A stretch of DNA of 63,972 nt, counting the filler, from Candidatus Hydrogenedentota bacterium (GTDB lineage: Bacteria; JBFMHD01), in NCBI GenBank assembly GCA_040752395.1. It is 4 parts of 4 records of this genome, joined end to end, with 100 filler letters (N's around TTAATTAATTAA, not from the genome) between each part and the next. Parts side by side here need not be neighbours in the genome. Positions count along the whole stretch, not along the records: positions 49,025 to 63,972 come from JBFMHD010000056.1; 3 more parts are not named here. The stretch is one strand, 5' to 3'. Positions 51,556-62,249 of the stretch are shown here, piece by piece. How positions within the stretch are numbered: position 1 is the stretch's first letter; each line of letters starts with the position of its first letter. The notes under the pieces were generated by a model. It made no database searches and was not told where the DNA came from. It saw only the letters and a program-made list of their open reading frames with translations. A program made the position numbers and the translations under genes.

Positions 51556-52448
51556 CGTATCACCATTAATTTACCAGTTTTCTTTTCACCTGTTGCTGAT
51601 GTTACAGTATAAATATATAAACCACTGGCAACTTCGTGGCCTTTATCGTTTTTTACATCCCAGTTATATTGGGCGCCACCTGAAAAATTTATCACGCGAA
51701 CAAGCTCACCTGAGATGGTATAGATTCTTATTTGAACAGGATTAGTTAAACCGGCGAAGACAATACCTGATGTTGGATCACTGCTTGAATAGGTTTTACC
51801 AGTGTTTGCATCACCATCATTTGGTCTATATGGATTTGGATAGACCGTAAAATTACTCAAACTGCCTTGAGCCTGGGCAAGTGTTAATGATAATAAATTA
51901 TATGAGTTTATAGATATGGGAACAGTATCTCTTTGATAAATATCATCCAGGAAAAATAAATATATATTACTTAAGGTTACAGTTGTTGTTGCGCTTGCTT
52001 TGGTTCTGAATTTAAATGTTGTCATCATACCTTCGCCAGTTAAACTATCTTTTTCATCTTTTACACAGCAAAATACCTCTATAACACCATCTCTTATAGT
52101 ATCAGCAAAAACTGTACTGTCTGCATTAAGAGGTACCCCATATATAAAAAACCAGCTCTGAGAAGGAGCTGAGATCAATTCAAGTATCGAAGTGGTATAA
52201 TTTAAATTAAAACTATAAGCCCATAATTGACCAGATATTGTATCAGCATAAACACCAAGATCAATCTCCTGGCCTAACTGTAAATCTGTATAAGTTACAG
52301 TATCTACTATCATATCCTGGCCGGTAATAGGTGTAACTGACTTTGTAATCCCAACTATACCTGTATCATCAGCAGATAAATTAATGCTTAAAATTAGTAG
52401 GTTTAAAATTAAAAAAATATGATTTAACTTTTTAGTTACCATATCCAT
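51552..52448 (-). CDS. Secreted cohesin-like domain + T9SS-CTD/FlgD-Ig C-terminal domain protein
   Basis: Signal peptide; YSFNLNYTTSILEL..LTGEGMMTTFKFR (cohesin-like); VYPNPY..IRIYTISGELVR..WDVKN..VASGLYIY..GKLMVIR. Confidence 0.75.
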   Translation of the reverse strand: MDMVTKKLNHIFLILNLLILSINLSADDTGIVGITKSVTPITGQDMIVDTVTYTDLQLGQEIDLGVYADTISGQLWAYSFNLNYTTSILELISAPSQSWFFIYGVPLNADSTVFADTIRDGVIEVFCCVKDEKDSLTGEGMMTTFKFRTKASATTTVTLSNIYLFFLDDIYQRDTVPISINSYNLLSLTLAQAQGSLSNFTVYPNPYRPNDGDANTGKTYSSSDPTSGIVFAGLTNPVQIRIYTISGELVRVINFSGGAQYNWDVKNDKGHEVASGLYIYTVTSATGEKKTGKLMVIR

Positions 52449-55400
52449 ACCGTATCATTAACTCTATCATATCCCACGAATCAATTTTGTTTGTACTATC
52501 GATGCTTATACCATTATTAAAAGTTTTAGTCTTAACAATATCATACTTATAAACAGTGCTGTCCCACAAACTAACATTATCGCTTCTTCTCATCCCGAAA
52601 TATTTCAACATATTACTTAAATCATTATCATCCACGTCACCATCAGCATCTAAATCTCCAGCTAAAATTGTATCACCTATTGTTACCTTAACATCAGTAT
52701 TTGTTTCACGATTACCTACATAATCCTGAGCCCTGACAGCAAAAGTAAATGTTTCACCAAAATTTATGGCAAACGGTATTGTGTAAGAAACATCGAATGT
52801 ATTTCCTATTGCTGAATCATAATTTACAACACCGTATGTGCCTTTGTAATTTATACCACCTGTATCAGAGAAGATATAGTAAGAGATAGTGTCTGTTGAA
52901 ACAGAGGCTGACCAGGATAATGTAACTGTTCCGGACTGATTTACAGTATATATAAGATTCGTTGGTGCCAATGGGTCTTTATTATTAATAATAACTCTAA
53001 CCGTACCTGAAGATGAAGTATCAACACTGTCCCTGTATTGATATCTGATATCTATTGGGATTTCATCTACTTCTGAGGGCGAAATTAATATTGTATAAGA
53101 AGCGGTATTAGAAAAAGTTTGCCATGATGCAGTGGTAAATACATCAGGACCCCATATACCTATATAGCTGAAAGAATCCTGACCGAATTTTATTTCAAGC
53201 CCCTGTGTATCACCGTTTAAAACACCAAAATGTAGAATAATACTGGTATCAACTGATAGAGAGTCACCTCTTACAGTAGTATCAGCCTCTAACCAGACAT
53301 AGGGATTGGGTGGTCCAAGTGGCAGTACTGTATCAAGTACTACGGTATCATAACCAGCTTGTCCCTGTAACCCAGCTGAGTCAATCAAGAACGCATAAAC
53401 ATATTTGACCCCATTAGTTCCGATTAATCTCACTTGTGTAGTTGTACCAGTTGATGTTGTTAAAGTTATTGTATTACCGTAAATATCTGTGCTATAAATA
53501 GTGCAACCTCTGATATCAGTATCAATCGCGGTATCGAAGGCGATTGTAACATTTACATAAGTGGTTCCTGTATAATCCCGGCCGTTTATTGTGGAGTCAG
53601 AACTTAAAGTGACTGTTGGTGCCTGAGGTTCGTCCTGGTCTAATATTATACTATCGCTTATTAAAACTATATTACAGGTATCGCTTGTCGGGTCAACATT
53701 GTCACGTAATTGAACATATATGGTTTTAATTCCGTCAACAGGTCCTAAGTTAAAAGAGACTGTTGTCTCCATATCCACGCCTGCAGCAAAAGGGAAATCA
53801 TTCCAGGGGATACCAGGTATCACAAGGTCAGAAAGCGACTCGCTCATCCTGTAATATGTAGCAGCACGAGAAGTAATTTTCACAGAAACCAGAGTATTGG
53901 TAGTATATAAAGCACCATTATTTATAATCATAGAATTATTAATTGGTGGTCCACCATTAATACCAAATGGATTCTTTCTATCAAGTATAAGATAAATCGA
54001 ATCATTCTGTAAATTAGACCGGTTCCCGGATAAATCTTCAAAATTGATATAAAATAAATATTTCGCATCACCATTAACATCATTGAGATTAAAGGTTGAA
54101 TTATTAGCATAAGTAACAAAATTTGTAGGAGGATAATAAGTATCAATAGACATTAACACCGGCGTGTCACCATACGTACCTGTATCACTCGCATAAATAG
54201 AATCAAAATTAATATTTGTATTTGTTATGAATGTCCCTGTAGTTATACCAAAATAAATACATCGTGGTTTATTACTATCAATAATAGTTATTGTGCCAGT
54301 AGCTGTAATGGTTCCATCAGTAAATGTAATTGTTAACGATTGTTGAGGATTTATATCCACTTTTGTTTTGATGATTAAAGTTTTATCTAATACACCAGAT
54401 ACCCAGCCACCTAAATTAGCAGGACTCACAACATAGCTATTATCCACGCTAACTGTTACACTTGTTCCATAAGACATATCAATATAGCCGCCAAAATCAA
54501 GTGCGGTTATTGTTATAGAAAATGAGTCGCCTGCCTGGACAGTTGCTTGCGGTAAACTTAAACTGAAACTTTTAGCAGGTCCATACGTGCAGGATACAAT
54601 AATAGTATCATATATAACATAATTTTCATCTCGAGCAGTGATTACTATAGTGCCTGTTTTATTAATCGAGACATAAGTAGTTGAATAACCGATACCTGTA
54701 AAAGTATTAGCACGAGAAGGTAAAATAGTTCCTCCTTCTGAAATCTCAAGATACGGACTGAAACTATTTGAATCATAAGTTATATTACCCTCTCTATCGT
54801 AAGCTGTGATATATAAAATAAATGGTACACCGACAGAGACATTTGAGCTTGAAGCACTTAATACAAATGAATCGGTCTTCCCCGGGGTTACGGTTATTTG
54901 TGTCGTACCTGTAATGTTCAGGGTACAGGCTGAAATAGTTACAACTGCTGGCCGATTTATAGATACATTTGTTTGAGAGACACCAGCACCTGTAAATTGT
55001 GTAGAAACCCATGGGATTATCGTACCTGTATCAACATTAATAGCAAAGGTGCAGGAAGTACCATTGGAATCAGGCGAAACATTTTCACCTAAATCAAGCG
55101 CAGTAACTGTTAAAGTAAATGACTGTCCCACAGAAACAATTGATTGTGAAGTTGATAAAACAAAAGAAACCCATGCCCCCGGTGTTACGGTTATAGCAAC
55201 AGTACCTGTATGATTGCTTCCATCATGAACTGTTATTACAATATTACCTGCTCGGGTTACTGAAACAACAGCAGTGGTTGTACCACCATTAAATACACCT
55301 GAGACATAGGGCACAATTGTTCCAGAAGATATATTAAATAAAGCCTGGTTACCATCAAACATTGTAGTAATAGTCTCTGAACTATCATAAGCGGTTATAG

Positions 55401-57687
55401 TCAAAGTAAATGCAACACCAACAGATACACTCGATACTGAAGAAGACATAATAAAATGATCAAGAGCACCAGCACCAAGCGAGACAGTAGTGGTACCTGT
55501 AACGGTTCCATTACGGGCTGTAATAACAACCTGACCTGAAGCTGTTATTGTAACCATCACTGTGATAACAGAATCAGTAAAAGCAACACTGTCAGGTACA
55601 ATGATCCCACCACCACTCACAGATAATAAAAGTGTATCACCTACAGCACTATCATTTGTTAAATTTAATGCAGCATCTACTGATGTAATTGTAAGATAAA
55701 AACCAATACCTGATGTTTGGTTTGTAGAAGCAGGACTAAGCAAAAATCTGTTCAATGGTCCAGGTGTGATATAAACACCAACAGTATCAAATATCGAACC
55801 ATCATACACAGTTATAATCTGTGAACCAATCTGCGTAAGTGTAACACTTACCTGTCTTATTCCATTAACCCATCCCGTACCAACACTCGTAGGCTGCATA
55901 GTAAGATCAGTACTTGTACAGGGGATATCAGAGTCATAACTATTATAAATTAAACCGAACTGGTCATACGCAGTAATAGATAAAATAAATCCAAAACAGG
56001 CACTGTCCTCAGCCGGTGCAGAAATATAAAGTTGTGCTAATTTTTGATTAACTTGAAAAGTATCTGTAGTAGACCAGCCAGTGGTATTCCCTAAATTATC
56101 TTGCGAAAACATTCTCCAGTAATATATAGCTGAATCAAGATTTGATGCTGTACACGATGTCGCAGTAGAATCTAACCATAAGTCACTATCTGTAATCAAC
56201 GCAAAACTTGGGTCAGTTGATAATTGTATCCTGTATTTATAAAGTCCTGAGATAGTATCAGACGAAGCAGACCAGGTTAATAAAATAGTTGTTTCAGTAG
56301 TATCAGATATATCCGTAAGCCCTGGCATTGTAGGTGGCCAGTAATCCACCATAAATGATGTATCAACAGTTAGAGTGTCTGAAAACTGGCTGTAATTGGT
56401 TGCTGTGTCCTGGGCTATTATCCTGACATAATACGTGTCACATCTTGAAAAAGTGTACCATACCTTTGTGTCACCATATACCCATGTATCAAGATAGGTA
56501 TTATTAAAATTCGGGTCAGTATCAACTTCAACGCGGTATCTCTTAAGTCCGCTCATCGTGTCACTTGAAGCAACCCATTGGAGATAAAAACTTTGGGCTG
56601 TTGTATCTATTTGGGGAATAAACTGAGGTGTAGACGGCGAGGTGCGGTCTACACATACTTTCGTATCTATTGTACCTGTGTCTGAATACCTTACATTAGT
56701 AGCACTGTCAACCGCAAGTATCCTTATATAATATGTATCCTCTGCTGGCGATGCTATTGTCTGGAATGTATCACCATACACCACTGAGTCCGCAAATAAA
56801 CTTGAAAAATCTGGTGTGTTATCTACCTGAACCCGATAGTAACTCACCCCGGATTGTGTATCAAATGAACTAACCCAGGTTATGTATAAATCCCCATTCG
56901 TATCAGAATGCGGGATTAAAACTGGCTGTGATGGCGGCACTCGGTCTACACATACTTTCGTATCTGTAGTAATAGTGTCTGAATAATCACTTAACTGAGC
57001 CGAGGTATCTTCAGCTCTAATTCGGATATAATAAGTATCTTCAGGCGGAGAAGATATTAATAAATAGGTATCACCGTAAACTGACGAATCAGCAAAAGGG
57101 CTTGAAAAATTAGGGGCATTATCTACTTGTACTTGATAACGTTTTACACCACTTACTGTATCTATAGAGGCTACCCATCTAATCAACAAAGAAGCATTAG
57201 TATCAGATAGAGGTATAAGCGAGGGTGTTGTAGGTGGTTCATAATCTGCCCACATGGTTGTAAAGCCGGTATCACCTGCATCATCAATGTCAACATATAT
57301 TTTAACAGAGTCTCCTGAATTAATTTGTATTGTTTGAGAATCTGTTGGTGGAGCGGATGAAATTTTAATATATGCAGAGAATATCCCATCATTATATGTG
57401 GTATCACCTGTAATTGGTGGGGCTCCTGTAACAGTATCAGCAAGCCCGATCTCGATAGTATCAATGCCGTAAGCAACGCTGAATCGAGTTACGGCGTTGG
57501 TATCAACTGTGTCAGTGGTTACACTGTCATAAGCTTTAATCCATACAGTATCACCATCATTGAAATATATTGAAAAATTAAATGCATCACTATCGCGGTA
57601 AGTATTAACATTGTCAACTACTGCAAATAGTTTATAAGGGATGATACATAATATAATAATATAAACTAATACCTTATAGGTTTTCAT
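52432..57687 (-). CDS. Giant secreted Fn3/Ig-repeat surface protein with a C-terminal dockerin-like domain
   Basis: Signal peptide MKTYKVL..LFA; tandem Fn3-like and Ig-like units; terminal GDLDADGDVDDNDL..YD..NKIDSWDM. Confidence 0.75.
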   Translation of the reverse strand: MKTYKVLVYIIILCIIPYKLFAVVDNVNTYRDSDAFNFSIYFNDGDTVWIKAYDSVTTDTVDTNAVTRFSVAYGIDTIEIGLADTVTGAPPITGDTTYNDGIFSAYIKISSAPPTDSQTIQINSGDSVKIYVDIDDAGDTGFTTMWADYEPPTTPSLIPLSDTNASLLIRWVASIDTVSGVKRYQVQVDNAPNFSSPFADSSVYGDTYLLISSPPEDTYYIRIRAEDTSAQLSDYSDTITTDTKVCVDRVPPSQPVLIPHSDTNGDLYITWVSSFDTQSGVSYYRVQVDNTPDFSSLFADSVVYGDTFQTIASPAEDTYYIRILAVDSATNVRYSDTGTIDTKVCVDRTSPSTPQFIPQIDTTAQSFYLQWVASSDTMSGLKRYRVEVDTDPNFNNTYLDTWVYGDTKVWYTFSRCDTYYVRIIAQDTATNYSQFSDTLTVDTSFMVDYWPPTMPGLTDISDTTETTILLTWSASSDTISGLYKYRIQLSTDPSFALITDSDLWLDSTATSCTASNLDSAIYYWRMFSQDNLGNTTGWSTTDTFQVNQKLAQLYISAPAEDSACFGFILSITAYDQFGLIYNSYDSDIPCTSTDLTMQPTSVGTGWVNGIRQVSVTLTQIGSQIITVYDGSIFDTVGVYITPGPLNRFLLSPASTNQTSGIGFYLTITSVDAALNLTNDSAVGDTLLLSVSGGGIIVPDSVAFTDSVITVMVTITASGQVVITARNGTVTGTTTVSLGAGALDHFIMSSSVSSVSVGVAFTLTITAYDSSETITTMFDGNQALFNISSGTIVPYVSGVFNGGTTTAVVSVTRAGNIVITVHDGSNHTGTVAITVTPGAWVSFVLSTSQSIVSVGQSFTLTVTALDLGENVSPDSNGTSCTFAINVDTGTIIPWVSTQFTGAGVSQTNVSINRPAVVTISACTLNITGTTQITVTPGKTDSFVLSASSSNVSVGVPFILYITAYDREGNITYDSNSFSPYLEISEGGTILPSRANTFTGIGYSTTYVSINKTGTIVITARDENYVIYDTIIVSCTYGPAKSFSLSLPQATVQAGDSFSITITALDFGGYIDMSYGTSVTVSVDNSYVVSPANLGGWVSGVLDKTLIIKTKVDINPQQSLTITFTDGTITATGTITIIDSNKPRCIYFGITTGTFITNTNINFDSIYASDTGTYGDTPVLMSIDTYYPPTNFVTYANNSTFNLNDVNGDAKYLFYINFEDLSGNRSNLQNDSIYLILDRKNPFGINGGPPINNSMIINNGALYTTNTLVSVKITSRAATYYRMSESLSDLVIPGIPWNDFPFAAGVDMETTVSFNLGPVDGIKTIYVQLRDNVDPTSDTCNIVLISDSIILDQDEPQAPTVTLSSDSTINGRDYTGTTYVNVTIAFDTAIDTDIRGCTIYSTDIYGNTITLTTSTGTTTQVRLIGTNGVKYVYAFLIDSAGLQGQAGYDTVVLDTVLPLGPPNPYVWLEADTTVRGDSLSVDTSIILHFGVLNGDTQGLEIKFGQDSFSYIGIWGPDVFTTASWQTFSNTASYTILISPSEVDEIPIDIRYQYRDSVDTSSSGTVRVIINNKDPLAPTNLIYTVNQSGTVTLSWSASVSTDTISYYIFSDTGGINYKGTYGVVNYDSAIGNTFDVSYTIPFAINFGETFTFAVRAQDYVGNRETNTDVKVTIGDTILAGDLDADGDVDDNDLSNMLKYFGMRRSDNVSLWDSTVYKYDIVKTKTFNNGISIDSTNKIDSWDMIELMIRYGYGN

Positions 57688-57916
57688 TATATATAACTGC
57701 ACCAAGTAAACTTCCACACCCTATGCTCATCCACACACATAAGCTACCGCCACCAACGTCCTGGCTGTGCGGAGTAATCATAGGTGTGTGGGCTTATGCC
57801 CGGGGTGTGGTGGTAAAAAACTTTTTATTAATTAATTATTATATACAATATCGGTAAAAAAACAAGCTTTTCTTTAATAATATTTAACATCTGGTTTAAG
57901 GCATAAAGACACAAAG

Positions 57917-58705
57917 TTAAAGTGTCTTTGAAAAGTATAAAGAGAAAAAATTGGCTGGATTTTTAGGTACAAACCCTTTTATATCACTACCTTCAAGAAC
58001 TGATTTAGGGTTATCATAGACCAGAATTTCCGCCATTTTCTCTCCAACAATTTCTGCAGCTTTATCTCTTGCTTGAGAAAGAACTGGTTTTCTTGTTGTT
58101 GTGTTATGCGAGTCGGTCCCGATAAAATGTATAAGTCTGCATTGTAATAATTTAAAAGCAAGTTTTTGTATATCCTTGCCAAAAACACCGGTTATACTTG
58201 GTGCATCCATCTGGCATAAAACACCCTTTATAACTAAATCATAAATAATAGAAGGGTCTTCAATGACTGTTTTAATACGCTCTGGGTGACTTAATACTGG
58301 TATAATCCCGTCAATAAGGCATTGGAAGATCAATAGTTCAGCCCAGTCAGGGATATTATATAAAGAAAACTCGATTAATAAGTATCTGTTATTTTTGTTT
58401 AGAGGCAAGATAGTTTTTTTCTGTAATAAATGTTTTGTCATATCTTCAGATGCCATATTTTCAGATGCAGGATGAAGCTTAACATTTATCTTTTCATTTT
58501 CTGCTATTTCGTTTAGAAGACTGACATTAGAATGTATTAATTTTACTTTTTCTTTATCTACACTATTTGTGAGTAGATGCGGTGTAGCTATTATATCAGT
58601 GATACCATCCTGTTCTGCGATACGCATCATTTCAAGCGAGGTTTCAAAATCATCTGGTCCATCATCAAGATTTGGTAATATATGAGAATGTATGTCAATC
58701 ATACT
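57917..58705 (-). CDS. PHP-family protein tyrosine phosphatase (CpsB/CapC/YwqE)
   Basis: IDIHSHILPNLDDG, ATPH, HPER, GTDSHN..RKP. Confidence 0.9.
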   Translation of the reverse strand, partial: SMIDIHSHILPNLDDGPDDFETSLEMMRIAEQDGITDIIATPHLLTNSVDKEKVKLIHSNVSLLNEIAENEKINVKLHPASENMASEDMTKHLLQKKTILPLNKNNRYLLIEFSLYNIPDWAELLIFQCLIDGIIPVLSHPERIKTVIEDPSIIYDLVIKGVLCQMDAPSITGVFGKDIQKLAFKLLQCRLIHFIGTDSHNTTTRKPVLSQARDKAAEIVGEKMAEILVYDNPKSVLEGSDIKGFVPKNPANFFSLYFSKTL

Positions 58706-58765
58706 CATCATCCTGATTCGTAATCCCTCAATGGTTAGATAACGAAAGAGGCAAGAAGCAAGAAG

Positions 58766-59683
58766 CTAACGTGGTTGATATCCTTTTAAGAGTTCAGTAT
58801 CAGTCATTATTCTTTTTCCGGGTCGCTGAATAACATTTAATCTTATAACCGCATCTTTACATTTTATAAACAGACCCTTTTTAACATCTGAGATTACAAT
58901 ATCGCCACAAGAGAAATTATTGCAATTAATATTATTGTAAACTTCAACTTTAAGTATCTTCCATACCTCATTTCTAATTTGTAAATGAGCAGCTGGTTGC
59001 GGTGACAATCCTCTTACTTTTCCTAATATTTTGTTTGCTTCTTGATCCCAATCTATAAAGAAATCGTCTTTCCGTAATACCCTTGCGTATGTTGCTTTAG
59101 AATCGTCCTGTGGTTGTGGCTTGATATTATCAATATTATTTAAAACATCAATCAGTAAATCAGCACCTGTTTCAAACAGCCGTAAAGATAGAGATAGATA
59201 ATTGTCGGAAGGATCTATTTTAACATTGGTTGATGCAAGTATATCGCCAGCATCCATTTTAAGAGCAGTGTAATGTATTGTTACACCTGTCTCTGCTTTA
59301 TTATCAAATAACACATAACGTACAGGAGCTGCACCCCTGTATTCAGGTAATAGAGATGGATGAACATTCAAGGTTTTCAAGCGCGGGAATGAGAATAATA
59401 TTTCAGGTATATATAAACCGAACGAAGCTACAACCCCGATATCAGGATTTAAATCTTTAACCCAATTATAGACTTCATCAGAATTAAGTTTCAGAGGATG
59501 AATAACATTTATATTATTACAAAGACAGAATTGTTCAACCTCGGTTGGGATGATATGTCTTCCCCTACCCCGGGGTTTGGCCGGTTTCGTAATACAGCCA
59601 CATAATATAAAATTTTTATTGTTAAAAAGCTTTTTTAGAATTATAAGTGAATCCGAACCAGAGCCATAAAAAAGTATCTTCAT
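58766..59683 (-). CDS. fmt: Methionyl-tRNA formyltransferase
   Basis: PRGRG, LNVHPSLLPEYRGAAP, MDAGDI; start set at MKILFYG. Confidence 0.93.
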   Translation of the reverse strand: MKILFYGSGSDSLIILKKLFNNKNFILCGCITKPAKPRGRGRHIIPTEVEQFCLCNNINVIHPLKLNSDEVYNWVKDLNPDIGVVASFGLYIPEILFSFPRLKTLNVHPSLLPEYRGAAPVRYVLFDNKAETGVTIHYTALKMDAGDILASTNVKIDPSDNYLSLSLRLFETGADLLIDVLNNIDNIKPQPQDDSKATYARVLRKDDFFIDWDQEANKILGKVRGLSPQPAAHLQIRNEVWKILKVEVYNNINCNNFSCGDIVISDVKKGLFIKCKDAVIRLNVIQRPGKRIMTDTELLKGYQPR

Positions 59684-59779
59684 AAGTAATAATAAGATAA
59701 CGAAAGAAGCAAGAAGCAAGAAACGAGAAGAATTAGAAAGTAAGATTAACAAACTCCGCTTCAAAACTGAGGGATTAGT

Positions 59780-60295
59780 TTAAAATTTGTAATCTTTGAC
59801 AAAAATTTTTTCTATTCTTTCCCTCTCCTCTTTATTAGCTATATGATCAATCAACAATATACCATTAAGATGATCAATTTCGTGTTGTATAGCTCTTGCT
59901 ACGAGGCCAGAGGATTTAAATCTATTTTTTTTACCTGTGATATCTAATGCTTCAGAGATAATCGTATCAGGTCTGAATATTTTTACGTAGACACCTGGGA
60001 AACTTAAACAACCCTCTTCAAATTCCTGTTTTTCTTTAGATTTTTTAATTATAGACGGATTAATTAAAGCTGTTCTGAATCTTTTGTTGTTTTCGAGCGG
60101 GACATTGAGTACTATAATACTTTTTAATGCTCCGGTTTGTTGTGCTGCTAAGCCTATGCCCCTGGATTGGTCTAAAAGTGAAAACATAGAGTCAACGTAT
60201 TCTTTAATTCTTTTAGAGACTTTTGTCACAGGTTCTGATTTTTTTCTTAACACCGGGTCAGGATATATCCTTAAAGTTAAGACCAAGTTTGTCAT
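59780..60295 (-). CDS. def: Peptide deformylase
   Basis: GIGLAAQQ, EGCLS, QHEIDHLNG. Confidence 0.96.
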   Translation of the reverse strand: MTNLVLTLRIYPDPVLRKKSEPVTKVSKRIKEYVDSMFSLLDQSRGIGLAAQQTGALKSIIVLNVPLENNKRFRTALINPSIIKKSKEKQEFEEGCLSFPGVYVKIFRPDTIISEALDITGKKNRFKSSGLVARAIQHEIDHLNGILLIDHIANKEERERIEKIFVKDYKF

Positions 60296-60325
60296 CCTCC
60301 AGGGTTGTATTCCCGCGGTTACGAA

Positions 60326-62248
60326 TCACGGTATTTTTAATACTGGTTTCGAGTATTTGGGGATCTCTTTCTTGATACTTGATAAATCAGGATTAATAAT
60401 TTCTTCTTCCTCGACGCCTTTACCCACAATGTGTGGTGTTACAAATATGATAAGTTCCTGATTGAGTTTTTCCTGTCTTTTCCTTTTAAATAAATTACCA
60501 ATTATCGGGATATCACCAAGTAGCGGTGTTTTTGCCTCTTCTTCTTCTATCTCTTCTCGCAGAAGACCACCTATCGCGATGGTTTTATTATTCATAACAT
60601 CAAGTATCGTGGATGCATTTTCACTTGAAATAAGAGGATAGTCTATCGCATCAATTGTTTGATTACCATGAAAACTCCGTACCGATGGATATATCTCCAG
60701 GTTGATTATTTCATTTTCTTTTATACGTGGTGTAACTTTTAAAACGATCCCGATATTAGGTATCTCACTTACGGTTCGTGTTGTAATAACGTTACCCTGA
60801 TTATCAAGTTGTGTAGTTTGAGCCGAGATATACCAGGCATTGGTTACAACAGACATAACAGCCATCTCATTATCAAGTACTAAAACCCTTGGTTTAGATA
60901 AAATTTTAGCCGTACCCTGGGAAACCAGGAATTCAATAAGATTTGTAATAGTAAAATTTTTAAACTTACTATTTATGGTAATATCTGTAGAAGAGAGATT
61001 TAAATCAAGGTCAATGGTTCCTGTATATAACGGATTTCGTCCTCTGTTATCAGCTACTGTCCAGTCTATACCCATATTTTTAAAAGCATTGGTATTAACT
61101 TTTAAAAAGTATGCTTCAATAAGTATCTGTTTTTTAGTGGTATCGATCTTTGAAATGATGTCTTTTTTAAATTGTTCAATCACATAAAATGTTGATGTAA
61201 CAATAACACTGTTGGTTTTAATATCTACGGAGAGACTACTTGTAATGCCAGATGGAGTAATATTAGTTAATAACTGGCTAAGAATTGGCACGATATAACT
61301 TTGTTGCGGCTCTATCTCACGACTGATACTACTCCCCACAGGGGTTACTTGCTGTACAGGTGATTTAGATAAAGAGATATGCTCTAATCTTATAACCTCG
61401 GTTACAAGGAAATTTATACCAACAGAGATTTTATCTTCACTCTCGAGCATTGAGGTTTTCAAAGTTTTAACAACTTCTTTTAATGCGTCACAGGGTTCTA
61501 AATCTTTTAGAGGAAAATTTATTTCAAAACTTCTTTCAGATGGTGCAACTATTATAGGCTTATTAATCTTATCAGAGATAAAATCACAGAATTGACCAAG
61601 ACTTAATGTGTCACTGCCAGTAACATCGTAATAGATACAATTGTCTTTAACTTTTATTTTGGTTAACCTGTCGAACATCTTTTTATTCTTGTTTATCTCA
61701 GCTTTATACTGATTGTATTTTAGATAATCTATTATTTCAGTTATCTGCTCAATATTTTCAGGATAATCCTTTATAACAACGGTTCGGGTTGCATCGTAGA
61801 TAGTAAATTTACCTGATGTTGAAATCATATTATTAAGAATATTATTTAATATATCAGCATCCAGATCACCGATATCAATGGTAACGGTCCGAGCTTTTAA
61901 ATGTGCTGGTACTTGTTGAGAGAGCGAGGGGTTTTCAATGAAATAAATATTATCATATTTGTACAGCCGTAAATCAAGTGAGTTACATATAGTCCAGAGA
62001 GCCTGTTCCGGGGTTACATTGTCAAGATTTATGTTAACGTATAATGGTTCATTATAACTTTTATTTGCATCCATACCAGCATTCTTTCCAAGCACGATAT
62101 TTAATCCGCTCTGTTCAGATATAGCCCTTATAACATCCTCAAGCTTTGCGTTTTCAAAGTCAATATTTAAAGTATTTGATAGTGGTGAAGAAAGTACAGT
62201 GGAATAAATAAAAATCAGTAATAATAATATAAAACTTCTTTTGAACAT
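60326..62248 (-). CDS. pilQ: Secretin (PilQ/GspD family)
   Basis: QILIEA, LGIDW-like MGIDW, ILSKPRV, IAIGGL, KTPLLGDIPIIGNLFK, ELIIFVTPHI. Confidence 0.9.
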   Translation of the reverse strand: MFKRSFILLLLIFIYSTVLSSPLSNTLNIDFENAKLEDVIRAISEQSGLNIVLGKNAGMDANKSYNEPLYVNINLDNVTPEQALWTICNSLDLRLYKYDNIYFIENPSLSQQVPAHLKARTVTIDIGDLDADILNNILNNMISTSGKFTIYDATRTVVIKDYPENIEQITEIIDYLKYNQYKAEINKNKKMFDRLTKIKVKDNCIYYDVTGSDTLSLGQFCDFISDKINKPIIVAPSERSFEINFPLKDLEPCDALKEVVKTLKTSMLESEDKISVGINFLVTEVIRLEHISLSKSPVQQVTPVGSSISREIEPQQSYIVPILSQLLTNITPSGITSSLSVDIKTNSVIVTSTFYVIEQFKKDIISKIDTTKKQILIEAYFLKVNTNAFKNMGIDWTVADNRGRNPLYTGTIDLDLNLSSTDITINSKFKNFTITNLIEFLVSQGTAKILSKPRVLVLDNEMAVMSVVTNAWYISAQTTQLDNQGNVITTRTVSEIPNIGIVLKVTPRIKENEIINLEIYPSVRSFHGNQTIDAIDYPLISSENASTILDVMNNKTIAIGGLLREEIEEEEAKTPLLGDIPIIGNLFKRKRQEKLNQELIIFVTPHIVGKGVEEEEIINPDLSSIKKEIPKYSKPVLKIP

Positions 62249-62249
62249 T

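Noticed and set aside
57848-57876. Second sigma28 promoter on the minus strand (TAAA...ACCGATAT)
   Set aside because: Spacer is 17 rather than 15 and the -10 box is imperfect
59684-59764. Signal-peptide-like extension of Fmt
   Set aside because: Fmt is cytoplasmic; the extension is read-through of heptamer repeats upstream of ATG 59683
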